Shown here one piece after another: positions 40,001 through 55,000 of a stretch of 64,000 bases of DNA. Source of the stretch: Terriglobia bacterium (GTDB lineage: Bacteria > Acidobacteriota > Terriglobia > 20CM-2-55-15); contig CBDAOY010000006.1 in the NCBI GenBank assembly GCA_965198225.1, positions 768,001-832,000 on the forward strand, in the 5' to 3' direction. The position numbers and the translations under genes were made by a program. The notes beneath the pieces are model-generated. The model searched no databases. It was not told the DNA's origin and saw nothing but the letters and a program-made list of their open reading frames with translations. Within the stretch, counting starts at the first letter, position 1. The number at the start of each line of letters is the position of its first letter.

Positions 40001-43000
40001 TCAGTTACAGCCAAGTCGAGGACCTGGTGATTTCGCTCGGCACCGGCGCCGACACCTTCACCATCAACGGCACCCACAATGGCGCCACGGCGGGCACGAC
40101 CGAGACGACCACGCTGAACACCGGCGCGGGCACGGACCTCGTCCATATCAACGACGTCAGCGATACGCTGGTGGTGAACGGCGAAGCCGACGTGGACACC
40201 ATCAACGTCAACGGTACCGGCACCGGCAGCGTTTCGACCCTGAACGGGGACGCCGGGGCCGACATCTTCAACGTCCGCGACATGGACGGCCGGGTCAACG
40301 TGCGCGGTGGCGCCGATAGCGACACGGTCAATGTGACCGACATCGCGCCGACGCTGCCGACCGGAGCCCGAACGACCCAGACCGGCAGCATCGACGAGAT
40401 CAACGCCCTGCTGGACGTGGACGGCGGCACCGGTCCGCTCGACGTGATGAACGTCGACGATTCCCGCGCCGCGGCGATCAACGACAAGACAGGAACCCTG
40501 ACGGCCACGACCCTGCGCGGCCTGGAGTTGGATGTCGGCATCGATTATCTCGGCCTGGAAGAGCTCAATATCTGGCTCGGCTTCGGTGACAACACATTCG
40601 ATATCAACAGCACGCATCCGGGCGAGACCACCCTCAACACGGCCGAGGGCGAAGACACGGTCAATGTCAACAATGTCAGCGGCCTGGTGACCGTCAACAC
40701 GGAACAGCAGGACGACACTATCAACGTGCGCGCTACCGGACTCGGCAGCACGCTGCGTATCAACAGCCACGAGGGGTCGGACACAATCAACCTCAGCGAC
40801 CTGTCGCCGACGCTGCCGGGGGCATATCCCTCGACCCTGCCACCGGCGGCTGCCGATAGCATCGGCAATATCGATGCCATCGATGGCCTGGTCGTCATCG
40901 ACGGCGGTACGGAGTTCGACACCATCAATGTCGACGACTCCGGCAACGCAACCGCGAAGGCCGGAACCCTCACGCTCAATACCCTGCGCGGCCTGGCGCT
41001 GCCGGCCGGTGTGGACTACACGGGGGCGGAAGACTTCAATCTCTGGTTTGGAACCGGCGCCGACGTACTGTTCATCGACAGCACGCACGCGGGCACCACT
41101 CAGGTGTTCGGCGGCGACGGCAATGCGACCACCAACGAGCGCGACGACACCGTCGCCATCAATACGATCGGCGGTGTGACTACGATCCACGGCCAGGCCG
41201 GCAACGACTTCATCGAGGTCAACGTGGATGCGCCGGTCCTGCCGCAGGACGCGACGTTCGGCTCGCTGGATCCGATCACCGGATTCTTTGTCCGCACGCA
41301 TCTCAACGGCCTGGGCGCGGTGTTGAACCTGCACGGCGAGGGCGACTCCGACCAGTACACCCTGAACCTCGCGGGTGACGGCACGGCGCTGGTCAATGTC
41401 CACGACGACGGCGCGCCGAACAACGGTGCCGACATCCTGATCGTCAACGGTGCCGATGTTGTCGCGGGCGTGACAAACCAGCCGAACGACACCTTCCTGC
41501 TGCGGCGCGACTTCTTAGCGCTGCTGAATGAGTCTGTCCCGGGTGGAGGTTTCGACCGGGTCGAGCGGGTGAATTATGACCAGAACATCAATGCCCGCTT
41601 GATCGTCAACGGCCTGGGCGGTGACGACAAGATCGTTGCCGACGACAACAGTTCCATCACCACGCTCGACGGTGGCGACGGCAACGACACCTTCCAGATC
41701 GGTCAGGTGTTCGGCACGCCGCGTGACGCAGCCGCGGGCCTTGCACCGGGCGACACCTTCAATACGACGCCGGTGATCATCGGCGTGATTAACGATCCGG
41801 TTACCGGCGCCGTTATCTTCGACCCGACCTCCTTCGATCCGGTCCTCGACGTTCTGCCGGCGGCTACCATCGCGGCCATCAACGCGGCCATCGCCCACCA
41901 GGCGGCGCTCGGACTGGCGCTCGACGGCATTGCCTATGTCAGCGATGGTGTCAACAACGCCACCACCGCATTCGGTGGTGACGGCGCAGACGTGTTCAAC
42001 GTGTACCACAACAAGGGTACCTTGCGGCTTGAAGGCGAGGCAGGTAACGACGAGTTCATCGTGCGCGCGTTTGTGACGGTGGACCTTTCGCCGCAGGCCG
42101 AGACAGAAATCCTCGCCGGTGGCGGTGACGATACCATCAACTACGCCATCAACGCACCGGTCAGCCTCGACGGCGGCGCCGGCTTCGACACGGTGGTGGT
42201 ACTGGGTACGCCGTTCAACGACAACTTCGTGGTCACCAGGGACGGCATCTTCGGTGCGGGCTTGAACGTGACCTTCGCGAACATCGAGAGTGCCGAACTC
42301 GACGCGCTGGAAGGTGACGACACGATCTACATCCTCGGCACCAGCTCGGATTTTGTCACGAGGGTGATCGGCGGTCTGGGCAGCGACACCATCGAGGTGA
42401 TGGGCGACGTCCTGCGCACCATCGTCAGCGACGACCTGCTCGGTCGGTCCGGCGTGATTACCCACGGTGCGACGAGCCTGGATGACGACTTCAATAACGT
42501 GGGCGTGAGCGGCGTTGGGGTCAATGTCCTCTCATTGGGCGGCGACAGCCTGGTGAGCATCCAGCCCACCGGCGAACCCCTGCGGGTGACCGAGGCCGGT
42601 ACGCTCGCCTCCTACTTCATCAGCCTGGTCGGCCCGAATGCAGGGGCGCTGGCCGCCAACCCGGTTTACCTCACGGTGTCGGCCGGCGTGGCGAGCAGTG
42701 AGGACCGCGGCAATGGCGGAGCCAGCATCCTGGTGTCGGTCAACGGTGGGGCGTTCACCAACGCGGTGGTGCTCACTTTCGACGGCACGACGGCGAGTAC
42801 GGTGTTCGAGATCGAGGTGATGGCTGTCGACGATCTTGCCGCGGAAGGTCGACGGATTGCGCTGATCAGCCACAGCATCAACAGCGACGATGCGGCCTTT
42901 GACGACTTGCCGCTCATCGGCATCTTCGTCGATGTGGTCGACAACGACAAGGCCGGTCTGGACATCCGTCACCTGCAGGACCTTGCCGGCGGTGTTGTTC

Positions 43001-46000
43001 CCGACAACAGGACAGAGGTGCTCGAGGGTGGCGCCACGTTCGGTTTCGATGATGTCTATTCGGTTGCCTTGACCGCGGCGCCCGCGGTGGGCGAGATCGT
43101 CACAGTGGCACTGAACACCGACGGACAGGTCACGGCGCTCTCGTCGGTGACAGGGAATTCCTTCCTGGTGTTCGACCATACCAACTGGAATACGCCGCAG
43201 TTGGTTGTCGTCACGGCGGTAGAAGATGGTCTGGACGGAATAGAGATCTCCACCGTCGCCCATCAAATCACCGGAGGGGCGGTCTACGGCGGCACCCCGA
43301 GTGAAACACTCAAAGTCACCGTCTACGATGACGAAACGCCGGGTGTCATCGTGCAGGAAACCGATGGGTCCACGATCGTGGTCGACGGCGGGGCGAATGA
43401 CAGCTACAGGGTCCGGCTCACCAGGATGCCCGACGACGTGGTCACCCTGACGCTGCGCACGGACACGCAAACGCTGCTCAGCACCATCGGCGGTTTTGCC
43501 ACTACGGATGAGACGGGCGCGCTCGGCTTCTTCGAGTACACCTATCAATTCACCGCCGCCAACTGGTATCAGTGGGTCGACATCGAGGTCACCGCCAATT
43601 CCGCGTTCACCGGTACGGGGGAGAAAACCAAGGCGTTCCCGCCGCAGGATCAGAACCTCGACCAGATCGGCGGTCCGCTGACCATCGAAGGCGGTGTCGG
43701 CACCGGCGGCTTGCGAGCCCTCGTGGAACCGGTCCTGTTACCGAATGAAACCAACGCGGTCAGCCAGCAGAATCCCTCGTCGACGTCCGAGTCCGGCGAT
43801 ATCGATACCCTCAACGTGTTCCATACGGACAACAGCGACGGGGACACCGGCAACCTGTTCTACCGCACCGTCGATGCCGGCGGCCGTACGATCGCCAACC
43901 CCGGGCTTGCCCTGACGGGTTTCGAGATGGGCGATGACCTGACCGTTGATCAAGGCACACCGGGCAACCCGCAGAACCTCTACTACGGTGGCGGCATCAC
44001 CCTGAACGGTTTCGAGGTCGTGGAAATCCTGCTTGGCAAGGGCGACGAAACCCTCACCGTTGCCGATACCGGCGACCGCGACGAGAAAGATCCGGCTGTC
44101 ACCGACGATCCGGCGACCATCACAGCCATCCACGGCGGCGGCGGTAGCGACATCATCACCATTACCGGCCGCGGCAATGGCCCGCTGGTGGTGTACGGCG
44201 ACACCTCGGAAGATCGCATCCGCTACGGCAATGACGCACCGGAAGCCTCCGTTCACGGAACGAGCTTTGCGAACGACGGCGACGACACCATCGATGCCCG
44301 TTTAATGGCGGAGCAGAACGACGGGTTCGTCGGCCTGGTGGCCTACGGCGGGTTCGGGAACGACACGATCTGGGGCAGCCAGGACGACGATCACCTGGCC
44401 GGCGGCACGTCGAGCGCCGCGGGCCATGACTTCATCGACGGTCAGGCAGGCGACGACCACATTTACGGCGACTCGCACTTCAACGTAGGCCTCCAGCTCT
44501 TCGCCGAGGACCAGGTCCAGGCATTCGACAACGCCGATCCGCGGGTTGCGGACATGTTCAGGGTGCTCGTTGCGACCTCCGGCGATGACAATGATTTTGG
44601 ATCACCTGACTTCCGCGAATCGGCGGGTGCGGACGAGCTGTGGGGCGGCGACGGCGCGGACATCATCTTCGGCGACCACGGCGTCATCTCCCTGGCACAG
44701 GGCACGCGCCGCCTGACCACGACGGCTTCGGTGGAGCGCATCGAGACCGCGCAGCCGACGTTCGGCGGCGACGACACACTCTACGGCCATTCGAACGACC
44801 CGGCAGGCCCGGTAGACGATGCGGCGGGTGACCGGATCTTCGGTGGGCAGGCTGCTGATTACATCGACGCCGGACAAGGCAACAACGTCGTACTGGGCGA
44901 TCACGGGTTCGTCGATCTCGGTGAAGCCGATTCCCACATCGACCGGATCGAAAGCACGCAGACCACGTTCGCCGGCGGCGTCGACACCATTCTGACAGGC
45001 TCGGGCAACGACATCGTGATCGGTGGCCGTTTTGGAGACACCATCACGGTCGCAGACGGGACCAACGTCGTTCTCGGCGATGCAGGCTTCCTGCAGTACC
45101 AGAATGGTGGGCCGCTACTGGGCGAGGTGTCGAGCATTTATCTGGACGGCGCCGGAGCGTTCATCCAGGGCGGCGACGACACGATCAGCGTGGGCGTCGG
45201 GGCCAACACGGGTGACGACATCGTCATCGCCGGCCTGGGTGACGACAACGTCACGATCGGGAACGGGAACAACGTCGTCTTCGGAGACGATGGATCGGTC
45301 ACGTTCCAGACGGGCAGCACCCTGAGGGACCGGATCGAGAGCCGGTACCTCGATGGCGCCGGTCTCTCGGCGCTGGATGGGGCTGGAGCCGTGGTCGGGA
45401 ACGACACGATCATCACCGGCGTGGGCAATGATGTGGTCATCGGCGGCCTGGGTGTTGACGGGATCACGGTCGCGGACGGGAACAACATCGTCGCCGGCGA
45501 TGAAGGCTTCGTGCAGTACCAGGACCAGGGCCAGACCGGCGGGACCTCGGTGCTGGGCGAGGTGTCGAGTTCCTACCTGGATGGTGCCGGAACGTTTGTC
45601 CAGGGTGGGATCGACACGATCACGGTGGGAGCGAGCGCGGGGAGCACCGGAGCGGGCAGCGACACGGTGATCGCCGGTCTGGGCGATGACGACGTCACGA
45701 TCGGCGACGGCGACAACGTTGTGTTCGGCGACGAAGGTGGGATCACGTACCAGACGGGCAGCGGCCTGCGGGACTTGATCACGAGCCGGTACCTGGATGC
45801 GGCCGGGTTTGCAGCGCTGGATGCCGTTGAGGCCGTAGTCGGGAACGACACGATCAGCACGGGCATCGGCAATGACGTGATCATCGGCGGCCTGGGCGAT
45901 GACGGGATCACGGTCGCGGACGGAAACAACATCGTGGCTGGCGATGAAGGCTTCGTCCAGTACCAGGATCAGGGCCAGACCGGTGGGGCCTCGGTGCTGG

Positions 46001-49000
46001 GCGAGGTGTCGAGCCAATACCTGGATGCCGCGGGAACATTTGTCCAGGGTGGGATCGACACGATTACGGTCGGTGCGAGCGCAGGGAGCACCGGAGCGGG
46101 CAGCGACACGGTGATCGCCGGCCTGGGCGATGACAATGTCACGATCGGCGACGGCGACAACATCGTGTTCGGCGACGACGGCGGGATCACGTACCAGACG
46201 GGCAGCGGCCTGCGGGACTTGATCACGAGCCGGTATCTGGATGCAGCCGGGTTTGCGGCGCTGGATGCTCTTGAGGCTGCGGTCGGGAACGACACGATCA
46301 ACACTGGCGTGGGCAATGACGTGATCATCGCGGGCCTGGGCGTTGACGGGATCACGGTCGCGGACGGGAACAACATCGTGGTCGGCGATGAAGGCTTCAT
46401 CCAGTACCAGGATCAGGGTCAGACCGGCGGAACCTCGGTGTTGGGCGAGGTGTCCAGCTCCTACCTGGATCTTGCCGGGACGTTCGTCCAGGGCGGGATC
46501 GACACGATCACGGTCGGTGCGAGCGTGGGGAGCACCGGAGCGGGTAGCGACACGGTGATCGCCGGCCTGGGCGACGACAACGTCACGATCGGCGACGGCG
46601 ACAACGTCGTGTTCGGCGACGAAGGCGGGATCACGTACCAGACGGGCAGCGGCCTGCGGGACTTGATCACGAGCCGGTATCTGGATGCGGCCGGGTTTGC
46701 GGCGCTGGATGCCGTTGAGGCCGTGGTCGGGAACGACACGATCAGCACGGGCATCGGCAATGACGTGATCATCGGCGGCCTGGGCGTCGATGGGATCACG
46801 GTCGCGGACGGGAACAACATCGTGGTCGGCGATGAAGGCTTCATCCAGTACCAGGATCAGGGTGACACCGGCGGAACCTCGGTGCTGGGTGAGGTGTCGA
46901 GTTCCTACCTGGATGGTGCCGGAACGTTTGTCCAGGGTGGGATCGACACGATCACGGTGGGAGCGAGCGCAGGGAGCACCGGAGCGGGCAGCGACACGGT
47001 GATCGCCGGTCTAGGCGATGACGACGTCACGATCGGCGACGGCGACAACATCGTATTCGGCGACGAAGGCGGGGTCACGTACCAGACGGGCAGCGGCCTG
47101 CGGGACTTGATCACGAGCCGGTATCTGGATGCAGCCGGGTTTGCGGCGCTGGATGCTCTTGAGGCTGCGGTCGGGAACGATACGATCAGCACTGGCGTGG
47201 GCAATGACGTGATCATCGGCGGCCTGGGCGTCGACGGGATCACGGTCGCGGACGGGAACAACATCGTGGTCGGCGATGAAGGCTTCATCCAGTACCAGGA
47301 TCAGGGCCAGACCGGCGGAGCCTCGGTGCTGGGCGAGGTCTCGAGCCTGTTCCTGGATGCCGCGGGAACATTTGTCCAGGGTGGGATCGACACGATTACG
47401 GTGGGAGCGAGCGCAGGGAGCACCGGAGCGGGCAGCGATACGGTGATCGCGGGCCTGGGCGACGACAATGTCACGATCGGCGACGGCGACAACATCGTGT
47501 TGGGCGACGACGGAACGATTACCTATCAAACGAGCAGCGGCCTGCGGGACCGGATCGAGAGCCGGTATCTGGACCTGGCCGGGTTCGCGGCCCTGGATGC
47601 ACCGGAAGCCGTGGTCGGCAACGACACGATCACGACCGGCGTGGGAGATGACCTGATCATCGCCGGCCTGGGTGACGACGGGATCACGGTAGAGGACGGA
47701 AACAACATCGTTCTAGGCGATGAAGGGTTCGTGCAGTACCAAGATCAGGGCCAGACCGGGGGAGCCTCGGTGCTGGGCGAGGTGTCGAGCCTGTTCCTGG
47801 ATGGCGCCGGTACCTTTGTCCAGGGCGGCATCGATACGATCAGCGTGGGCGTCGGGGCCAACACCGGCGACGACGTCGTCATCGCCGGCCTGGGCGACGA
47901 CAATGTCACGATCGGCGACGGCGACAATGTCGTCTTTGGCGACGAAGGCAGGATCACGTACCAGACGGGTAGTGGGCTCCGGAGTCGGATCGAGAGCCAG
48001 TATCTCGACGCTGCCGGGCTGTCACCGCTGGACGCACCGGAAGCCGCTGTCGGCGACGACACGATCATCACCGGCGTGGGCAATGACGTGATCATCGGCG
48101 GACTGGGCGTCGACGGGATCACGGTCGCGGACGGGAACAACATCGTGGTTGGCGATGAGGGCTTCGTTCAGTACCAGGATCAGGGCCAGACGGGTGGAAC
48201 CTCCGTGCTGGGCGAGGTGTCGAGTTCCTACCTGGACGGTGCCGGTACATTTGTCCAGGGTGGGATCGACACGATTACCGTTGGAGCAAGTGTTGGGAGT
48301 ATAGGGGCGGGTAGCGACACCGTGATCGCCGGCTTGGGCGACGACAACGTCACGATCGGCGACGGCGACAACGTCGTGTTCGGCGACGAAGGCGGGATCA
48401 CGTACCAGACGGGCAGCGGCCTGCGGGACTTGATCACGAGCCGGTATCTGGATGCGGCCGGGTTTGCAGCGCTGGATGCCGTTGAGGCCGTGGTCGGGAA
48501 CGATACGATCAGCACGGGCATCGGCAACGACGTGATCATCGCGGGCCTGGGCGTCGACGGGATCACGGTCGCGGACGGAAACAACATCGTGGTCGGCGAT
48601 GAAGGCTTCATCCAGTACCAGGATCAGAGTCAGACCGGCGGAACCTCGGTGCTGGGCGAGGTGTCGAGCCTGTTCCTGGATGCCGCCGGAACGTTCGTTC
48701 AGGGCGGGATCGACACGATTACGGTCGGTGCGAGCGCGGGGAGCGCCGGAGCGGGTAGCGACACCGTGATCGCCGGCCTGGGCGATGACGACGTCACGAT
48801 CGGCGACGGCGACAACGTTGTGTTCGGCGACGAAGGTGGGATCACGTACCAGACGGGCAGCGGCCTGCGGGACTTGATCACGAGCCGGTATCTGGATGCG
48901 GCCGGGTTTGCGGCGCTGGATGCTCTTGAGGCCGCGGTCGGGAACGACACGATCAGAACTGGCGTGGGCAATGACGTGATCATCGCGGGCCTGGGCGTCG

Positions 49001-52000
49001 ACGGGATCACGGTCGCGGACGGGAACAACATCGTGGTCGGCGATGAGGGCTTCATCCAGTACCAGGATCAGGGCCAGACCGGCGGAGCCTCGGTGCTGGG
49101 CGAGGTGTCGAGCCTGTTCCTGGATGCCGCGGGAACATTTGTCCAGGGCGGGATCGACACGATTACGGTCGGTGCGAGCGCGGGGAGCACCGGAGCGGGC
49201 AGCGACACCGTGATCGCCGGGCTGGGTGACGACGACGTCACGATCGGCGACGGCGACAACATCGTATTCGGCGACGAAGGCGGGATCACGTACCAGACGG
49301 GCAGCGGCCTGCGGGACCTGATCACGAGCCGGTATCTGGATGCGGCCGGGTTTGCGGCCCTGGATGCACCGGAAGCCGTGGTCGGCAACGACACGATCAC
49401 GACCGGCGTGGGTGATGACCTGATCATCGCCGGCCTGGGTGACGACGGGATCACGGTTGCGGACGGAAACAACATCGTTCTAGGCGATGAAGGGTTCGTC
49501 CAGTACCAGGATCAGGGCCAGACCGGCGGAGCTTCAGTGCTCGGCGAGGTGTCGAGCCTGTTCCTGGATGGCGCCGGTACCTTTGTTCAGGGTGGCATCG
49601 ACACGATCAGCGTGGGCGTCGGCGCCAACACCGGTGACGACGTCGTCATCGCCGGCCTGGGTGACGACGTCATCACCATCGGCAACGGGAACAACATCGC
49701 CCTGGGCGATGAAGGCAGGATTCTCTACCAGACCGGTAGCGGCCTGCGGGGTTGGATCGAGAGCAAGTATCTGGACAACGTGGCCGGGATCCCCGCTCGG
49801 TCGCCACACGACGCCCCAGAAGCCGAGGTCGGTGACGACATGATCACCACGGGCGTGGGCGATGACGTGGTCATCGGTGGTCTGGGCGACGACATGATCA
49901 ACGTGTCGGATGGTGAGAACATCGTCCTCGGCGACGAGGGCGAGGTCCACTACCAGGATCAGTCGACAAACCTCGGCGAAATCACCACGCGGTTTACCGA
50001 CGGCACCGGCAGTTTCGTCCAGGGCGGCGACGACACGATCACCTCGGGCGACGGGCGCGACTATATTCTGTCCGGCTCCGGTAGCGATATGGTGACCTCC
50101 GGAGAGGGCGATGATGTGGTCCTCGGTGACGGCCTGATCCTGTTCCATCCGGGAACGAATGTTCCCGCGACTGTTGCTACTCTGTGGCAGGACGACAACC
50201 TCGTCCTTCTGCCTCCCAGCGACTCCGACATCTTCGCCGGAGGCGGCGATGACATCGTGCTCGCCGGCTCCGGCAACGACTGGGTCGAAGGCGGTACCGA
50301 AGACGACATCCTGATCGGCGACGAAGGAGTAGTCACGTTCGATCCAGGCCGTGCTCTTGCGGGCGAAGCCGTCGCCGACTTCATCCAGACGGTGTTCTTC
50401 ACCCCCGACGGCCAGTTGATACCGGGCGGCACGGACGTCCTCCTCGGCCAGGACGGCGACGACACTGTCATCGGCGGCTCCTTCGACGATCTGCTGGACG
50501 GCGGCCCCGACCGCGACCTGGTGGTCGGCGACAACGTCACCCTCGATCGCACCGGGACGCGTCTGGGCATCAACACGAATCCGCGGTTCCGGACTCTGAC
50601 CGGCGCAGAGATCTACGATCCCCAGTTTGATGGCTTGGCAGACCTGCTGATCGACCGTGCGAACGAATACGGGGATCCGAACTGGGGAGGCGTCGCGCCG
50701 CTCTGGGGTGACTTCGTGATCACCGTCCACGACAGCAGGAGCACCTGGGACGGCGGTACCGTCCTCGTGCAGGACGGTGTCAACCGGACCTACGGGAACG
50801 AGTTCGTCGCCGGCGGTCCGCACGATGACACTATCTTCGGGCTGCGCGGTGAAGACACGATCCAGGGCGACGGCTCACTCTTCTTCGACACCCGCGAGTC
50901 GGTGACAATCGATCCGGCGAGCCTCAACCACGATCCGCTGGCGCTGCAGGCCCTGCTCGAGGGCGGCACGCCGCTCGACACGCCACAGTCGTTCGAGGCG
51001 CTCGACGACGGTGACGACTACATCGAAGGCGGCCAGGACGACGATCTGATCTTCGGCAACCTGGGTCAGGATGACATCGTCGGCGGCAGCTCCGACCTGT
51101 TCGGCCTCGACACCCAGGACCAGCGGCCGGACAGCTCCGATCTCATTTTCGGTGGCGCGGCGACGAACATTGCGAGGAATGACCTGGGTGACGCCATCCT
51201 GGTCGGCGGGCAGGTTGTGAACGACGTCAACGCCCACTCGAGAGACGCGGACACGATTCTCGGCGACAACGGCAACATCTATCGCCTCCTCGAAGGGACC
51301 GGCACCGCCTTCCTGACCTTCAGCTACGACCAGACCCCGGACGAGGACGGCAGCGACCGTGGCGATCTGAGGGTCGTCGTTCGAGGGACGGAATGGATAA
51401 CGGACAGCGTCGACGGACGCCAAGATTACACCCCGGGCGGTGCCGAATTCGACGCGGCCAATGCGCAGCACAACATCGGCGCGGCGGACGAGATCCACGG
51501 CGAAGCCGGCGACGACGCCATCCATGGCATGGTCGGCGACGATGTGCTGTTCGGCGAGGGCCAGGACGATGATCTGATCGGCGGCTACGGCCACGACTGG
51601 ATTTCCGGCGGCACGGGTCAGGATGGCGTACTGGGTGACGATGGTCGGATCTACACCAACCGCAATGACGGCCTGAGTGAAGACCTCTATGGCATTGACG
51701 GATTGGGTGATCTCGACCTGAACCTGATCATATTTACCCCAGATGGCACTCACGAAGCAGAGATCCATCGTGAGGGCGAGCTCAGGAAGACGGCGATACT
51801 GCGGCCGTTCAACGTGCAGGACAAGAGCACGTTCAACCAGGATCGATGGTATGACGCGATCAACGCCAACGACATCATCTATGGTGGATGGGGTGATGAC
51901 TTCCTGCACGGTGGCTCCGGCAACGATGGGATCAGTGGCGCGGAGGCCTTGCCGCAGTTCTATCACGCGCCGACCAATTCAGGAGACGCGCTGCAATACG

Positions 52001-55000
52001 GTGCAGGGGAATTCGCGGCTTTCGATGAATCGGATGCGCTGAGCAAAATCCAGGGCTTCTTCTTGAACTTCGATGCCAGCGAAACCTTGGACGGAGACGA
52101 TAGGATATTTGGCGATCTGGGACATGACTGGTTGGTCGGTGGTGCCGGAGAGGACAATCTGTACGGTGGTTACGGGCATGATCTGCTCAATGTGGATGAT
52201 GACCTGGCGACGAACGGTGGTGCAAACGATGTCGCCGATTCAGACCTGAATGTCGACCGCGCTTACGGTGGCGCGAGCGCAGACGTCCTGATCGGCAACA
52301 GCGACAGCGATCGCCTGATAGACTGGGTGTCCACAGGATTCGACCGCTACTTCACACCGGACTCCCTGATTCCCGAGACCATCACCGACGAGGGATACTG
52401 GCGCCTTTACTTCTTCTTGTATGATCTGTCCGAATCAGATGGCGCCGACCCGGCCCGGCATGAAATCGCCGGTGCTATTGCGAAGCACAATGGTGAGCCT
52501 GAAGGTGAAACGGGGCTTGTTCGGTATCCGACGGTGTCCAGCACTGCGACCATGGAAAATCCCGCCTTGCCCGGAGACACGGTACACATTGATGGCTTCT
52601 TCGCGGATGTCGCTCTGTCAGACATCGCAGCGCCATTGATCGGAACGGTGGACTGGGGTGACGGCAATATCGAGAATGTGGTGCTCGTGGGCAGGGCGTT
52701 CTACGCTGCGCACCAGTACGATGCCGGCGGTATCTACGAGGTGGTGGTGACCATCGTCAACGATGATACGGGAGCGCCGACGGCCCATACCACCGCTGTG
52801 GTAACCGGGGCAAGCGTTCACGATGGCGTCCTCCATGTGGTGGGCACGAATCGCGACGACCAGATTCAGCTGTCGGCGGATGGTCCTCAGCAGATCAAGC
52901 TCCAGGCAGACTTCCTGTCGGAAGACAAAATCTTCTCTACCGCAGGTGTGAGCCGGATTGTCGTCGCTTCTCTCGCGGGCAACGACAGCATCCAGGTTTC
53001 GAACGACGAGGACATCTCCTCCTGGGTCGATGGCGGCGACGGTCATGACCAGATTCAGGTCGATCAAGGAGACAATGTCATCTTCGGCGGGAAGGGTCAG
53101 GACCAGCTACAGGCCGCAAATGGTGACGATATCCTGGTGGGCGGTCTGGGCTCCGACGATGTAGATGGCAACGATGGCAACGACATCTTGATCGGTGGCG
53201 CCACAATGTTCGGCGTCAACGGGCCCGATTTCATGAACCTGGATAGCCAGGAACAAGTGGTACCGGTCAGCGGAACAACCCTGTTCGGGCTCGACCGAGA
53301 GATCTGGGAAACCATTCAAGCTGAATGGCTGCAAGGTATTGTGACCCTGTTGAACGAACACAGGGTGATCGATGATTCGGTCCATGATTCTTTAGACGGA
53401 CAAAGTGGAAGCGACTTGATTTTCGCCAATAGCGAAGACAGTCATGATGCCGGGGCAGGAGATGAATTAATAACTGCAAGTGAATGGACTGTCGAGAGTG
53501 GCCACTACAGCGCTACCCCGATATTGGGTGTGCACACAGTCCATGTACTGCCGCAAGACGTAGTGCCGCGGGACAGCTTGTCGATCAACGCGGCAATCAA
53601 CACAACGCATACCGGTGGCATCATCTTCGATGTGCACAGCGAAGACGATTTCAAATTCGCGGTGTTGTCCGTCGCAAACGACGAGGTGTGGGTCGGTCAT
53701 TATTCCGTGCATCAAGGGTGGCGCGTAGGGGCAATTGCCTCGTTCGAGGGTGACATCGACCGTTTCTATCAACTGTCGGTCAAAACGGAAAATGAAACGT
53801 TGCCGTTCAAAACGGAAAATGCAACGGTCCGTGTGTTTGTCGATGGTCAGGAGACGGTAAGCTATACATTCAGCGGGCAGGTCATCGACGGAGATTTTGG
53901 GCTGATCAGCCGTCAAGGAACGAGTGTTTTTGAGCTTTTGACATTCTTGAGCGATGCCACAGACCATATCCGAATCGTCACCAGTGCAACCATGGAAGAC
54001 AAAGTGTTGCCTGGCGAGACTGTCCATGTCGACGGCGTGTTCCTGGTCGATGGCCTGGTCGGCGGGTTCATCGATTGGGGCGATGGAGTCATCGAAGAGT
54101 TGCTCATTTCCGGCACGACGTTCCACGCGGAACATGCCTACAGCCATGGGGCTGTCTTCGATGTGCAGGCCACGCTCATCAACGAGGATGGGGAAACAAT
54201 AACGGCGAGTGCGGTCGCTGTGGTGACGGGTTCGGGCGTCAACAGAGGAGTTCTCCACGTCGTAGGTACGAACCAAGCCGACTCCATTCAGATCTCATCT
54301 GACGGACCTAACAGAGTCAAGCTACAGGCAGATTTCATATCGGGTGATCGTATTTACTCCATCGAAGGGATAGGTCAGATTTCCATCGTTACGACGGATG
54401 GGAATGATCAGGTGCAAGTGAATATTGACCAGGCCATTCCCTTCATGGTTGATGCAGGCGATGGTGACGACCAGATCAATGTCGACCAGGGAGACGGTCT
54501 TGTTTTCGGCGGCGCGGGTGACGATCAAATCACAACGAAGGATGGTCGGGATCTGTTGATAGGCGGCCTTGGCAGCGATAATCTGACCAGCGGCAAGGGC
54601 GAAGATATCGTGATCGGCGGGACGACCATGTATGGCACGGACAGGGCTATCTGGGAAGCGATCAGAGCGGAGTGGGTGAGAGACGATCTGAATTACTCCG
54701 AACGCGTCGAGCATATTCGCAACGGCGGTGGTCTGAACGGCGCGTATGTGCTCAACGAACTGAGGGTGATCAATGATTCCTCTGACGATTCCATGGATGC
54801 CAAGGAAGAAAAGGATCTGTTCTTCAACAACAACGGCGATTCTGATGACAGAAACAGCAATGAAACACGGATCCGTGACAGTGAGTGGAAGATCGATGGC
54901 AACCGTTACGAGGGGACACCGATACTCGGTGATCAGACTGCAAACGTCCTGCGCGAGATCGTGCCGGCGCAAACCTGGCAGAGGATAAGTGCGACCATCA

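Noticed and set aside
29423-50823. Many periodic minus-strand ORFs (e.g. MVPDFSNPKSPPK..., MKPSSPTTMLFPS...)
   Set aside because: They mirror the tandem repeats and codon bias of the giant gene; no independent coding evidence.
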